Shown here one piece after another: positions 13,633-27,473 of a DNA stretch of 64,000 nt. A program made the position numbers and the translations under genes. The DNA comes from Octopus sinensis. Its lineage: Eukaryota. Where the stretch lies: assembly GCF_006345805.1 (NCBI RefSeq), contig NC_043000.1, forward strand, positions 163,928,001 through 163,992,000, given 5' to 3'. How positions within the stretch are numbered: position 1 is the first letter of the stretch; each line of letters opens with the position of its first letter. The notes under the pieces are model-generated. The model was not told the origin of the DNA. It did no database searches and saw only the letters and a list, made by a program, of their open reading frames with translations.

Positions 13633-13767
13633 TACAGGGTAAATGTTTTTTAAATTTTCTCCTATTTACGGAATTGATTTTTATTTGCGGTTGAAGCTTT
13701 GGCTGTTATTTCTAGTGGGTGAATGGCCTATTATGGCCGTTCCTTGATTGTTGATATATATATATAT

Positions 13768-13821
<54 letters not shown>

Positions 13822-14099
13822 GTGAGTGAGTGAGTGAGTGAGTGAGAGGGAGACAGAGACAGAGAGACAGAGACAGAGACAGAGAGACAGAGACAGAGAG
13901 AGGGAGAGAAGAACGAGAGATATATATGGATATGAATAATGAGATGAAAACAATGGAGTGTATCCAATAACCCAGTAAATTCAGTCCTTATGCTTAGAAA
14001 ATCAATAATCTGGTAGATGTATTGATTATCTTAAGACCTTTATCAACATAATTCTTTTCCTGGGTCATTATTCCGCATCAGTGCAATCAATAAAGGATT

Positions 14100-14520
14100 T
14101 ACGTTCTAGTATGTCGTCAGAGTATCGCACCATAATGGACGGGTTGATCGAAATAGTAGCTTCTCAGATGAAGAGTCCTAAGTTTCTCTTATGCCATTCC
14201 TATCAACGAAATGTGCGCTGACTGCAGAGATGGTGCAGAACTTTATGTCTCAATCCTATACAAGGCTTGCATATACATCCAGGTTCTTCTGTCTGACACT
14301 GCGTATAGATCCGTTTCACTATTTCATTCACTCGGTTAGTTAAAAGTCATTCCATACACAGATATCTGTCACCGATTGCTGGACCATGCGCATACGATAT
14401 CTTTTACTAGAGGAATATCACACTTGAGTAACAAAGCGAAGCACAAAATGAGAATAACTAGTCTCACATTTTAAAACACACCCTAATGGCTCTCTTCGCA
14501 ACACCATATTTACTCTGGCA
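14100..14520 (-). pseudogene. Possible RTE-clade LINE 3' relic
   Basis: Weak CKPCIGL..H-like terminal motif and RTE-like 3' end; heavily decayed. Confidence 0.3.
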
Positions 14521-15632
14521 CTTTATCTCCAACTCCCAACTCCAACACCTTCTGTTTAACCGGCATTTTAACCCTCAACAAACCTTACAACTCACTACCC
14601 ACTTTACTGTACAACTTGATGCGGGCAATGCACGCTGCTAGGTTAATGCAGGTGATAATTGCTTCGGGTTTTTATAGAGATTTGTTGTATTGTAAGATAT
14701 CTTTAAACGGTCTACACACACATACATACACACACACACACACATGTTGCACATGCACATACAGAGACATACACACGCGTACACGAGCATACGTACATAC
14801 ATTGGAGCCACCTGCTGCTGTTTGCGTGTGTGTGTGTATGCACGTGTGTGCAACAACATGTAATATAACGAGCAGAATGAATGTATGTATATATATACAC
14901 GCACACACAGATATACACACACTCATTTATGTAACATACGTGATTATAAATATATATATATGTATGTATATGTATATATTTACACACGCACAAACACACA
15001 CACACGTATATATACTCATACATACGTATACAAGTATGAGCATATATGCGTGCGTATGTATTTATCTATATTTTTATTTATATGTATACGTATATGAACG
15101 TACACAAATGTATGTTTATTTATGCATATACATGTATGTATCTATAACGTATATATATATATATATAAATGCATACATACATGCATGCATATGTACATAC
15201 ATACATACATACATACATGCATACATATGCAGATATATACAAACGTAAATATAGATGTATATATTCATAGATAGATATAAACCTCTACCCCACGTGCACG
15301 TGTGTGTGGTGTGTGTTTAGTAGGCATAAAAGTACAGGAGAGGAGGAGACCAAAAGACACGCAAGTGCGCAGTCGCTGCTCATTATTCCTCCAAAACAAA
15401 GTAACGCTTAAACAAACCAAAGTGGAAATCACTTAAAACAATATTATGATATATTTTTCATTTTATTTTTATTTCCATTTCTATTTCATTTTTTTTCTTT
15501 ATGTCTGTTTCTCTTTTCTTCTGTAGAATATGCAGCAACATCAGCAGCTACAATAATAATAGTCAAATGATCCCGACGTGCAAGCGATTCTGCCCTCTCG
15601 CCGCCTTAATGATAATAATAATAATAATAATA

Positions 15633-15677
<45 letters not shown>

Positions 15678-15680
15678 TAA

Positions 15681-15790
15681 TTCTTTCTACTATAGGCACA
15701 AGGTCTGAAATTTGGGGGCGGGGGATAGTCGAATACATCGAGCTTAGTACTTGACTGGTACTTAATTTATCGACTCCGAAAGTGGAAAGT
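15681..15790 (-). mobile_element. SINE A 3' fragment
   Basis: ttctttctactataggcacaagg...actggtacttaatttatcgactccgaaag. Confidence 0.7.
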
Positions 15791-15844
15791 GGGGGTTTTA
15801 CACAAAACAACGAGTACATAATTAAAACAATAACAATAATATCA

Positions 15845-16800
15845 AACAAGAAGAATATAACAATGAAAGTTCCCCAATACTGGGGTAACCACCTGGAGTT
15901 GGCTAAGATACCCCACCAATCCTAAACCACTCGACGCTTCGAGGGCATCCGGGTAGGGCAAACCTTCTCCCTCTCAAATTCACTAGCCTACAGGCGCATT
16001 ATTAGAGTAGGTTCACTCACACGGGCCATTTTCGTTACATTCAGCCACCTTTTGGCAAATGTACTGGGAAGAAACGCTTCTCTCTCCACTCTCATCTTCC
16101 TTTCCAAGTGAAATTTGTAAATGTTGATAAGGGATTGTCCGAAGAGATAAGTGTCTGTCTTCAGTCCTTTCAACCTGGCCCACCATACAACTTCTTTCGC
16201 TACTGCTATCAGACAGAGGAAAATTGCCTGCCCCTCTAGACCATTGGAAAGCGGCAAATCGATCTTCACTATGGACTCGGCATAAATCCACAAGTCAGTA
16301 ATGCAAGGACACGGGACGAATTCGTGCAGAACAGTTTCTTCGCTCTGCGTGCATCTCGGGCAGGTCCGTCTGACAGCACTTCTGTGCCTGTAGAGTTTAT
16401 CTCGAAACGGCAGTGACCCACCCCGGTATCACTGCCAAGCTAGGGATTTCTAGAAGTTATCCATCGTCCCCGGCTCGAAAGTCCTCCTGAACAGACTGGT
16501 CACTTCGATTTCGTCGACGTCTAGCGCCTCTCCGAGTGAGTCATCGCTCTTTCCCACCACTAACCCTCCATAGAACTCGATAGTGGATGTTCCACTGATC
16601 GCATTGCCCGACTGGTAGAGGGCAGCGAGTACCTAGCAACATTCCAGATGCCAGTGACCCTGTTTCGGTCTCTTCTTGACCCACGACTGCAGCTCAGTTC
16701 AGGAGACGAGCTGGGGAAAGGCCTATTTGACAAACGGCGACCACACCTATTCACTGTTTAGGCAGCCTCAGTGCATGTCTGCCCAGCATTAGCCGTGAAG
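15845..16800 (-). mobile_element. Tx1-like LINE C-terminal fragment
   Basis: ORF 15988-16293 (VAKEVVWWARLKGLKT..YKFHLERKMRVERE), same family as 26395-26619. Confidence 0.7.
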
Positions 16801-16809
16801 TAGATGACG

Positions 16810-18263
16810 GATGCGATGTACAGAATGTCATCAAGGAGTTAGAACCAGCGGAGCGCTACAAATCTTGACAGAAAAATGAAAAAATTGTTGACAATGAACA
16901 GAATGCACCACCTTAAGGCAGATAGAGAACGATTTTACTTGCCAAGAAAAGAGGATGACATGTATTTTTACAACTGGAATTAACAATGAAGATTGCCACA
17001 ATTGGCCTAAATACCTACCTGAAAAACTCTGATGACTGGATGTTAAAACATGCATGAAACATTATACTCAGTAACAAAACAGGCAAAGAAATATCTAAGT
17101 GAATTCCAAGTATAACAAATCCCATAATTAGACGTACTGGAAACAAGCAGAGAAAAAGTTAAGCTTATGAAAACCCGTGCGAAAACTGTTGCCTTGCATA
17201 ATCTTACTGATAAATGGCAAGAAAACCTCTCCATGGCAAACACCTAAATAGAGCTAATAATGCCGATGTTGACAAAGCCCTGACCCATCAATGGTTAGTG
17301 GCTTCTGGCTTAAAATCAGAGATAGACGGGTTTCACATAGCAGCCCAAGATCAATGCCTACCTACAAGAAGCTACCAGGTCAACAGCTCAAAGAATAGCA
17401 GCTGCCCAACATGTCATGTATGTAAACAACAAAATGAAATCATCGACCATGTTATCTCCATGTGCAGTCTTCTTGTGCTTACAGTGTATCTCAACAGGCA
17501 TGATAGAGCAGCATATTCTATTCACTGGGTAATTTGCAAACACTTAGACCTGCCCCATGATAAAAATTGGCGGGTACACAAACCACCTCCAGTGCTTGAA
17601 AATTACTATATCTCATTCCTCTGGAACTTCACCGTTCAAACTAACAGCAATAGTTCAGATATTATATTGAAGAATTTCAAACAAAAATCATGCCTCCTCA
17701 TCGGTATAACTGTCCCAATCGACATAATGTATCTGTGAAAACCTACCAAAAACTGAGCAAGTATAAAGATTTTGAAATAGAAATTGGCAAAATGTGGAAC
17801 CTGAAGACTAAAACAATACCTGTTGTCATAGGTGCCCTAGGAATGATAGCAAAAGGAACTGATTGCTACCTAGCTCGGATACCACGAAATCCAAAAATGG
17901 AAGAAATTTAAAAAATAGCGCTCATGGGAACTAACCACATCCTACGTAAAATATTCTCAATGTAATCCCAAAAGTATTTTAGACCACAAACAATTTCGGA
18001 GTATTTTTAAATGTACATAACAGCAAACACCTTTTATGATCATCTTCATATCAGACTGTCATCTTATAATCAAATTACTTTTAAAACAAACTTCTAATTC
18101 ACTTATGTTTTGTCAGACGTCCTCTAGAACAATACTCTGAAAAACCAAATATATGGCACCTTAGTCATAACACCAACTTGAACTTCTAACTTGTTGTCTC
18201 TTGAAGTCTTTGGGTAAGATTTGAAGTCAGCTTGTACAAACAAAAGACAAAAGCCAAACATAT
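16810..18263 (+). mobile_element. R4/Dong-like LINE family 1, degraded 3' fragment
   Basis: Frameshifted peptides homologous to the 52.7-55.3 kb ORF (ASGLKSEIDGFHIAAQDQCLPTR, CHVCKQQNEIIDH, RHD, KTKTIPVVIGALG); 3' UTR end cagcttgtacaaacaaaagacaaaagccaaacata matches that copy. Confidence 0.88.
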
Positions 18264-18269
18264 ACTAAT

Positions 18270-19300
18270 ATGTTTTCTTTATTGGCCATAATCGACGCAA
18301 AAAACAATTAGGACAATATAAAGAGAAAGGACTGTGAGATTTAAATATACATGGATAAATAATAAAGAAATAGTTAACAATAAAAAATTATAATCAAATT
18401 CCCTATTTGGTGAATACTACCAAAATGTAAACAAGGAACGCCACAGACACTGGATTGCTTCACCCGCGAAGGGTGACTCTGTGAGACGCCCTTCTCCTAT
18501 CATTTCTCTATATCCTTGCAGGCGACAGCTTGGTGTAGACCCACTCCGGATAACTTTGCCATATTCGCCCATCTTTCAACAAATTTAAGGCAGGCCGTAC
18601 GACCTTCTCAACCCTTTTTCGTTTCAAAAGGATTGTTAAAAAGTTGATGTGGATTAGGCCGAGGAGAAAATGTCTGTCTTCAGTTCTTTCAATTTCATCC
18701 AACCTCTTTCACCACAGCCACCAAGTAGAAGAAAACTGCCTGCCCTTTCTGGCCTAGGATGGTGGTAGGGCGATCTTCATAATGCTGTCAGTCAGCCGAT
18801 GACCGGATTCGTTCTACTTGCCATAATATCTGTTCAAGATAACTCCACAAGAAACGCCCAAGTAGTGTACGAGCTCATGCTGTACGGATTCATCACTTTG
18901 AACGCATTTAGAACACTACCATGCCTGTAGAGTTTATCTCAAGCCAGTAATGTCCTTCGTTGCACTACTAGGCCATAGATTCCAGCAAATTATTCATAGG
19001 TTTTAGACTAATAGTCTTCTGAAAAACAGCAGCCAGTTAATCCCGTCGGTACCCAGAGTCTCTCGCATGACGTCATCACTCTTGTCTGCAACTAATTCCC
19101 CATAGAACGCCTTAGTGGAGCTTTCAGCGATTGCTTTATCCGACTAGCAGGGGGCTGTGAGCGTCTAACGATAGTCTAGGTGCCAGGCGCCCTGCCTCGG
19201 TCCATTCTTGATCCAGGGCTACAGCTCTGTCAAAGATATAAGCTATGGAGAAGTGGGGCAAACAGCGCCCTCTGCTCGCCGCCAAGAAAGCGCTGGAGAT
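18270..19300 (-). mobile_element. Tx1-like LINE C-terminal/3' fragment
   Basis: Colinear similarity to 16000-16600; AATAAA-bearing 3' end at about 18275 resembles 25990-26005. Confidence 0.65.
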
Positions 19301-19857
19301 GTTGCAACATCAACAACGATAACGTAAATAATAACAACATTAGTAGCAATGAGAACAATGATTACAGCAGTAATAGCAACACCAGCAATGACAGTGATGA
19401 CAGCAGTAATGGCAACGATTACGGCGGGAGAAATGACATCAACAACATTAGCTGCACTGTTAACAGCATCAGCTATAAATGTGTCGATATTAATGAAAAA
19501 CAGAACAGGAGGATACACGTGGGATAGAAGAGTCATTAGAGAGGTCACAGATGCGTGACGAAAGATTTTCAGACAATGGACATAAGATAAAATAGGAACA
19601 CTAGAAAACGATTGAAGAACGAATATATAATACGTGTATTTATTTCACACACAAAAAGGGACAGTCCCCAAATATAACAATATTTGTTTCAACACACGAT
19701 TTCACATCAGAAATCTTGCAAAACAAATTCATAAACGTAATAAAAAATATCAATAGCAGTGATAATAGCAGTACTATCAGTATGACCAACAGTGGTAATA
19801 GTAGCAACAATTATTTCTTCTAATTCTTTAATTTTATTCATCCTTTATTTTTATAAT

Positions 19858-20054
19858 AATTCTTTCTACTATAGGTACAAAGCCTGAAATATTTTAGGGG
19901 AGGTGTTGAATTACATTTACCCTAGTGCTCACCTGGCACCTATTTCATCAACCCCGAAAGGATGAAAGGCAAAGTCGACCTCGGCGGAATTTGAGCTCAG
20001 AGCACAAAGACGGACGGAATGCCGCTAGAGGTTCTGCCATCTCCTCGCCGCCTT
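19858..20054 (-). mobile_element. SINE A
   Basis: Full head-core-tail on the minus strand. Confidence 0.8.
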
Positions 20055-20234
20055 ATATCTTTTTTGTAATTAAAACAGCAATATAAGCAAAGGGAGTGGA
20101 AGCGATATAAACGACAGCAACAATGACAGCAACAATTATCTTGATTTGTGACATAAAAAAGGGATTTTGTATTTTGGTAATAATCCTCAGTGATTTTGGT
20201 CCTTGTATCAGCAAAGATCAGCCGCAATTATTTC

Positions 20235-20536
20235 TTCTTCTTCTGCTTGCCCCTTGTGGAGCATAGGGCCGGTTTCCCGGTTTCCTTGCAGTATAGGTTC
20301 CCCACCTGGACGGGACGCCGGTCCGTCGCAGGTGAGCTGCAAGATGCAGGAGGAAAGAGTGAGAGAAAGTTGTGGCGAAAGAGTCAGCAGAAGTTGGCCA
20401 TTACCTTCTGCCGGAACCGTGTGGAGCTTAGGTGTTTCGCTCATAAACACACACACACATCGCCCAGTCTGAGATTCGAACACGCGATCCCTCGACCGCG
20501 AATCCGCTGCTCTAACCACTAGGCCATGTGCCTCCA
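20235..20536 (-). mobile_element. SINE family D (tRNA-like head), tail type 1, 13-bp TSD
   Basis: gtggaggcacatggcctagtggttagagc head with A/B boxes; TSD ccgcaattatttc at 20222-20234 and 20537-20549. Confidence 0.88.
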
Positions 20537-20728
20537 CCGCAATTATTTCATAAAAGTTCAAATACCAGTAGCATTTGAACTCAGATATACAAATTTAAAA
20601 TATTATGTGTTTGATTTTACGAGAGTTTGATTTCCATCCAAATTATAAACGATACGTTCCTTTATTACTTTCTGTACAACGCGTGTGTATGTGTATATAT
20701 TTATGTGCGTGCGTGTGTGTGTGTGTGT

Positions 20729-21556
20729 AATCAAAATAAGCAACAGGATATCCAGAAGTGATGCAGTACGACCGTTTCAAGCGGCTCCATTTAACTGAAC
20801 AACGCAACGATTACATCAATTTAAATGCAGATGTTAATTACCAGTTAAGAGGGCAAGACTCTAATAAAACCAATGATGATAATACAGGGGAAATATTTAT
20901 CATGGGGTTACTATAGTTGAATGATTTAAACAATATTGTTATATTGTATAAAGATAGGACTGGTAATTAACATCTTGTTTTAAAATCTTCCTTTACCAAA
21001 CCTCATTATAGCCAATTACTTTATACTACTTCAAAATAAAGCTTGACAAGTCTTATGACTATGTCCACTATGAGTCTGTCAACTCACTCGTGCCCTTCCC
21101 TGACAGACACGGCTCTATAGTCTTAGATTTTGATATGCAAAGATTTGATAAACAAGACTATAAATCAAAACCGACCCAAATCTGTGACAAACTAGAACAC
21201 TCACAAGTTTCTTTCTTTCCTGATCTCTTAGTAGCTTCTAAGCTGAAGTGAAAACAGCATGGACTTTGTCTGTCTTCTTACCCTCTTAGAGGACTGAAGT
21301 AAAATTATACAAATGTGTCCAACTAACTAAATTAATTCTATTTATTTATGCATCTGAGGATAGCTCTGCATTTAAATTGATGTAATGATTGCATTGTCCA
21401 ATTAAATAGAACCGCTTGAAACGGTCGTCCTGCATCACTTCTGGATATCGTGTTGCTTATTTTGATTTTATTCATCTTGTTTTGAAATTGTATGGATAAT
21501 CTCGTACTAAATTCTGGTGCCTTAAATTAAGTATCTAATTCATCTGAATCTGAATT
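20729..21556. mobile_element. Fold-back element, second HHR family (about 103-bp inverted arms)
   Basis: 20729-20831 is the reverse complement of 21365-21467; the right arm continues about 90 bp with a tail shared with 26740-26816; (TG)n and (AT)n flanks. Confidence 0.8.
21348..21435 (+). ncRNA. Type I hammerhead ribozyme, slightly degenerate
   Basis: atgcat CTGAGGA tagc...gctt GAAAC ggtc GTC ctgcat; the proximal stem I pair is mismatched; the left arm holds only the 3' half of the motif. Confidence 0.68.
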
Positions 21557-21574
21557 ATATATATATATATATAT

Positions 21575-21735
21575 GACGGATTTCTTTCAGTTTCTGTCTA
21601 CCAAATCTACTCACAAGGTTTTGGTCGGCCCGAGGTTATCGTAGAAGACACTTTCCCTAGGTGCCAGGCAATGGGATTAAACCCGGAACCATATAGTTGG
21701 GAAGCAAACTTCTGACCCCACAACCGCGCTTGCAC
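21575..21735 (-). mobile_element. SINE B
   Basis: Family consensus on the minus strand. Confidence 0.75.
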
Positions 21736-21762
21736 TTGTGCTAATATTCTTGAGTTAATTAA

Positions 21763-21974
21763 GGCGGCGACCTGGCAGAAACGTTAGGACGCCGGGCGAA
21801 ATACTTAGCAGTATTTCGTCTATCTTTACGAACTGAGTTCAAATTCCGCCAAGGTCAACTTTGCCTTTAATCCTTTCGGGGTCGATAAATTAAGTACCAG
21901 TTGCGTACTGGTGTCGATGTAATCGACTGACCCCTTCCCCAAAAATTCCGGACCTTGTGCTTAGAGTAGAAAAG
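21763..21974 (+). mobile_element. SINE A with perfect 20-bp TSD
   Basis: aatattcttgagttaattaa at 21743-21762 and 21975-21994. Confidence 0.9.
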
Positions 21975-22225
21975 AATATTCTTGAGTTAATTAACACTAT
22001 CTTTACCATAAGAACTATAGAAACTACAACACTTGTACGTTGTCGCTCGTCTTGCAGGAAGTGGCAGCTAAATCTCCCTGCTATGTAGCTACCATGACAC
22101 CCTACACAATATGATCCTTTAAAAAATTAGGTCAGTAATAACCGGAGGCTAAACAACAGCCCTATGAATGTGTGAGGGGCTATGGGAAAAGGACTGTGTA
22201 CGTGTGTGCTTGCTTAAGTGTGTTT

Positions 22226-22259
<34 letters not shown>

Positions 22260-22469
22260 CCGGGGTGGATAAGTGAAGTAGCAGCAATATATTGGTTCCA
22301 ATTACTCGCTTAAACGACTTTTTGTCATTGTTCCAAAAATTGGCCATGCGCTTAAGAGAGAGGGGTGAGAGGGAGGAAAGGGGAGAGGGAGAGGGAGAGA
22401 AAGAGAGAGAGAAACCATACATTGTTTTATTAGGGCAACAGAAACACTGAAAAACGAATAAGCACACAC

Positions 22470-22632
22470 ATGTATGATACATACATACATACATCATACA
22501 TACATACATACATACATAACATACATACACACATACACACATACATACATACATACATACATACATACACACATACATACATACATACATACATACATAC
22601 ACATACATACATACATACATACATACATACAC

Positions 22633-22665
<33 letters not shown>

Positions 22666-22690
22666 ACATACATACACACATACATACACA
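22470..22690. repeat. (TACA)n tract
   Basis: Directly visible. Confidence 0.95.
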
Positions 22691-23651
22691 CATGCGTGCA
22701 TATAGAGACTCGTAGCTCTTATAGGAAAAGAGAAAACAGACAATTGTAAGGCTCCCAAATAAGAATGGGTCTGAAATTACAAATGTGAGGATTCTTAGAC
22801 AAGTCTAGAACAATGGGCGAACGATTGACAGTCGGTCGGACGCAAGGTACGAAGGCAGATACGTGCATACGTGGACGCATGCGCCATCAAAGGTGCATGC
22901 AAATATAAATATATATATGTATATACGCATGTATGTATAGATGTATGTGTGGGTGGGTGTGTGTGTGTGTACAAACATTGCACGTAAATTGAAACAAATC
23001 TTACAATACTCACACACGCACACATACATAAACAAACGCATACACTTGAATAGATATATGCATTTTAGCACAGTTTCACACACATTTACGCACGCACACA
23101 TATGTACGCAGACATACACACGCGTGTTCGCGTGCATGCATGCATGTGCAGGCCTGTGCATAAGGTTGTTCGGGTGCTACACGCATTTCATTAAGAACTG
23201 GACTCGTACACGTATTCATACAGATGCAAAAACACACACATATGTGTGTGTGTGTGTTATACTCACACACACGCACCGCACGCACATACATACGCGCGCG
23301 CACGTACACGCACACATACACACGCACGCACATATGTGCTAATATACATTCACACATACATGCACCGGGGCTGGCACATGTAACCAATCATACACGTTTG
23401 TATGTATGTGCATGTGTGTGTGTCTGTGTGTGTATATATGTATATGCGTGCGCGTGTATGTACATACACAGATATACTATACTCATTCCCACTCACACAC
23501 GTGCGCGCGCGTATGTGCACGTGTGTGTGGCTGTGTGTGTGTGCTGTAAGTGTAAGTGTGCATGAGTATAGTATATCTATGTGTATGTACGTACACGAGC
23601 ACGAATATACACATATACACGCAAACGCAAACACACACACACATTCGTATG

Positions 23652-23691
<40 letters not shown>

Positions 23692-24097
23692 AATATAGTT
23701 GTACGCTTGATATATATACGTGTGTGTGTGTGTGTCTTTATTCCAGAAACCTTTAAGTGTTTCTCCCATCAATGCATTTTTTGTTTTATTTCAATGGAAG
23801 CGAAGCTACACTATTACTACTATTACTACTACTACTACTACTACTACCACCATCATAATCACAACCACCACCACCACCACCACCACAACTACTACTACTA
23901 CTACTACTAACAGAATGCATACATAGTATGTTGGCTCGAATTAAATTATTGAATGAAAAAAGCCTCGTAAAAATATGAAAAACAAAGGCAGCAAAAAAAT
24001 AGTTCTGGCAATAGAAATCAATGGAGCCAAACGCTAACACTTAATATAAACAGCGAACGATGTATTTATAAATAAAACAAACACTTTAAATGGTTGG

Positions 24098-24201
<104 letters not shown>

Positions 24202-24339
24202 TCTGCGTGCTTCTATATGTGCGCGTGTATGTGTGGTAATTTGCAAGTCAGAAACGTCGGTATGAATGTGACGATGATTATTTTTTGTCTTATTTCCGAA
24301 GTTGTATCAGACAAGTAAAGCTGCCACAATCGTTAGCAT

Positions 24340-25060
24340 GTTATACAAAATGCCTAGCTTTATTTCTTCTTGTCAGCCGTGCATATCTCTGTTCATCATT
24401 TTGAGATGCTCTGACCTTTGTAGTGCACAGTCTGTTCGTTTCTTGATATGCTTCCCTTTCTGCAGCTGTTTCTCTTTCCCTGGACAGAGACATTCTTTTG
24501 GCTGACCTTGACATTGTAGATAGATTTGACACTTTCCTTCTAGGCATGGTTATACACGTATACAGAAATACATGGGTGCGGAAGATGGTAAACAATAAAA
24601 ATAACAGGGTAACGGAAATTATATTTCTTAATACGACGAGCAGAAAGTAAATAGGACATTTTTACGGAAAATAAAGAATTGTAGGGGTTGAAGCGAAATT
24701 TCTCACTTAGTGAACCAAAGAGCCAGTATCGGAGGAACCAGAAAAATGCCGTTAACAACGGAAAAACACAAAACCATTGCAAAAGAAATGGGAAATTTTT
24801 AGGGAAATTAACTAAGTGCTCGGATTTAAGTGAAATTTAAAGTTACTTCTGTTAGTAAATTATGATCTTACTTTTATCAGTAATTCCGTCAACCAAAAAA
24901 AAACACAAAACGTTGCAAAAGTAAATAAGAAATTTGTAAGCAAATTTAACGAAGTGTACGGAGTGAAGTGAAATTTATGAAGTTACTTCTGTCAGTAATT
25001 GTAAACATCTTTCTGTTAGTAATTTGTCACTGTTTGTAAATAGCGACTGAAAACTTACAG
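24340..25060 (-). mobile_element. Possible Helitron 5' relic
   Basis: MPRRKVSNLSTMSRSAKRMSLSRERETAAEREA..NRLCTTKVRASQNDEQR resembles the charged N-terminal repeats of animal RepHel proteins; an imperfect tandem duplication of about 135 bp lies upstream (24760-25030). Confidence 0.42.
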
Positions 25061-25826
25061 TGAAAACAATAGAGTGAATGAGATATAGAGAGGGGGGTAA
25101 GAGAGAGCTAGCTACTTAGACAAATAAGATATAGATAGATACATAGATAGATAAGATATAGACAGATAGATACAGAGAGATAGATAAATATAGAGATAGG
25201 GATGGACAGAGAGATATAGAGAAACAGAAAGATAGGGATACGTGTGAAAAGGGAATACACACACTTCTCTATTTTATATAATAGATCTGATTGTGATAAG
25301 GTTTTGTCCAGTATACGTGTACTCCTAATGTTCATCTATATCTCATTGTAAAGTCCTATATTTTCTATTGTAGTCCCTGGAAATAATAAAAGAGTTTATA
25401 TCACCCAAACCCTACCTGTTTTTCTGGGCATTTATCACTATCTGAATGACTTCCTTTAAGATTTATTTTTATGTGGTCAAGGGAATTTATAGTCATAGAG
25501 ATATAGGGTTTGAGAGAATATCTAACAATATTTAATTTATGACCAGCAACTACAATTTAAGTGTCAACTCCTTGTGATCTTAATAAACGCAGCATACTAG
25601 CTGCATTAGATCTTTGGAGGCTGATAAAAGGATAGATTGTAGCTAAATTACCAATCCCAGACGCCCCACTGTATTTCCACTTCTGCCATTCCAAAATTGT
25701 AGTTGTTTCTTTTTAAGCTTATTCTGCCACATTTGTAGCAGCATGGAATTCTTTCATTCTCTACCTCTGACGAAATATTTGCTAAAAATTATAATAAAAT
25801 ATCCTGTCTGTTGAAATTCTGCATTT

Positions 25827-25913
25827 TGCAACTGAAGATGGCGCTGTGTTTCAAATTGATATAATACTTGCATTATTCTATTAAATAGAGCCGTCTGAAA
25901 CGGCCGTATTGCA
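25827..25913 (+). ncRNA. Type I hammerhead ribozyme, solo copy of the second family
   Basis: TGCAA CTGAAGA tggc...gccgtct GAAAC GGCC GTA TTGCA; stem I 5 bp; perfectly palindromic stem III ACGGCCGT. Confidence 0.78.
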
Positions 25914-25984
25914 TTAATATCTTGACATTCTTATATATATATATATATATAGGTAGGTAGGTAGATAGATAGATAGATAGATAG

Positions 25985-26739
<755 letters not shown>

Positions 26740-26852
26740 TCAGTTGAATATGGTACTTAAGTTAAAGGCACCAGAATTTGGTATGGTATTATCCATATAA
26801 TTCAAAATAGGGTGATTATAATCAAAATAAGCAACAAGGATATCCAAAGATA

Positions 26853-26942
26853 ATGCAGTACGATCGTTTCATGCGACTCTATTTAATTAAACAATGCAAG
26901 TATTACATCAGTTTTAAAATGTAGAGCAATCTTCAGCTGCAT
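26853..26942 (-). ncRNA. Type I hammerhead ribozyme (left arm, intact core)
   Basis: Minus strand: ATGCAG CTGAAGA ttgc...gcat GAAAC GATC GTA CTGCAT; 6-bp stem I; palindromic ACGATCGT. Confidence 0.82.
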
Positions 26943-27383
26943 ATAAATATAGAATTTAATTAAATTGGAAAGATTGAAAAGATTCATTTTTACTCTTTAT
27001 TCCATTTACCAACATCACAAAGAAGATAACTAGGTAGACAGAGAAACACGTTTCATCAACAGAAACATGGTTGTCATAAATAATTTTTTCATGGAGATAC
27101 TGCTTATCATTGATTTTACTTTGCTATTTAGATTTACTATTGGGGGAGGGGGTTTAATACTATTTCATCAGGTCTAGTGGAAACAAAAATAAGTATCTTT
27201 CTTTTATAGATAGAGGGAGAGACAGTTTTAGTGGCAGAGCCATAAATCAAGTTCCCTTTGAAGAACTCAATTTGGTTCAGTTGAATATATTTCAGCTAAA
27301 ATTAGTACCCCATCAGCTTTGGCCTACTATATGGAATAAGTATAAAAATGAATCTTTTCAATTTAACTAAATTCTATATCTTT

Positions 27384-27473
27384 GTGCAGCTGAAGATTGC
27401 TCTACATTTTAAAACTGATGTAATACTTGCATTGCTTAATTAAATGGAGTCGCATGAAACGTTCGTAATGCAT
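27384..27473 (+). ncRNA. Type I hammerhead ribozyme (right arm, two structural substitutions)
   Basis: gtgcag CTGAAGA...GAAAC gttc GTA atgcat; GATC changed to GTTC and the proximal stem I pair is broken. Confidence 0.68.

Larger units (their letters stand above)
13129..13755. mobile_element. ORF-less fold-back element with 232-bp inverted arms, each carrying an HHR (putative non-autonomous PLE derivative)
   Basis: Arms 13232-13463 and 13524-13755 are reverse complements with about 4 mismatches by eye; 60-bp spacer; about 100-bp one-sided extension at left; (AT)n flanks. Confidence 0.85.

Noticed and set aside
20480-20536. tRNA genes at SINE heads (also 35900, 42310, 46433, 59800)
   Set aside because: A/B-box-like heads continue into SINE bodies, with TSDs in some; no complete cloverleaf
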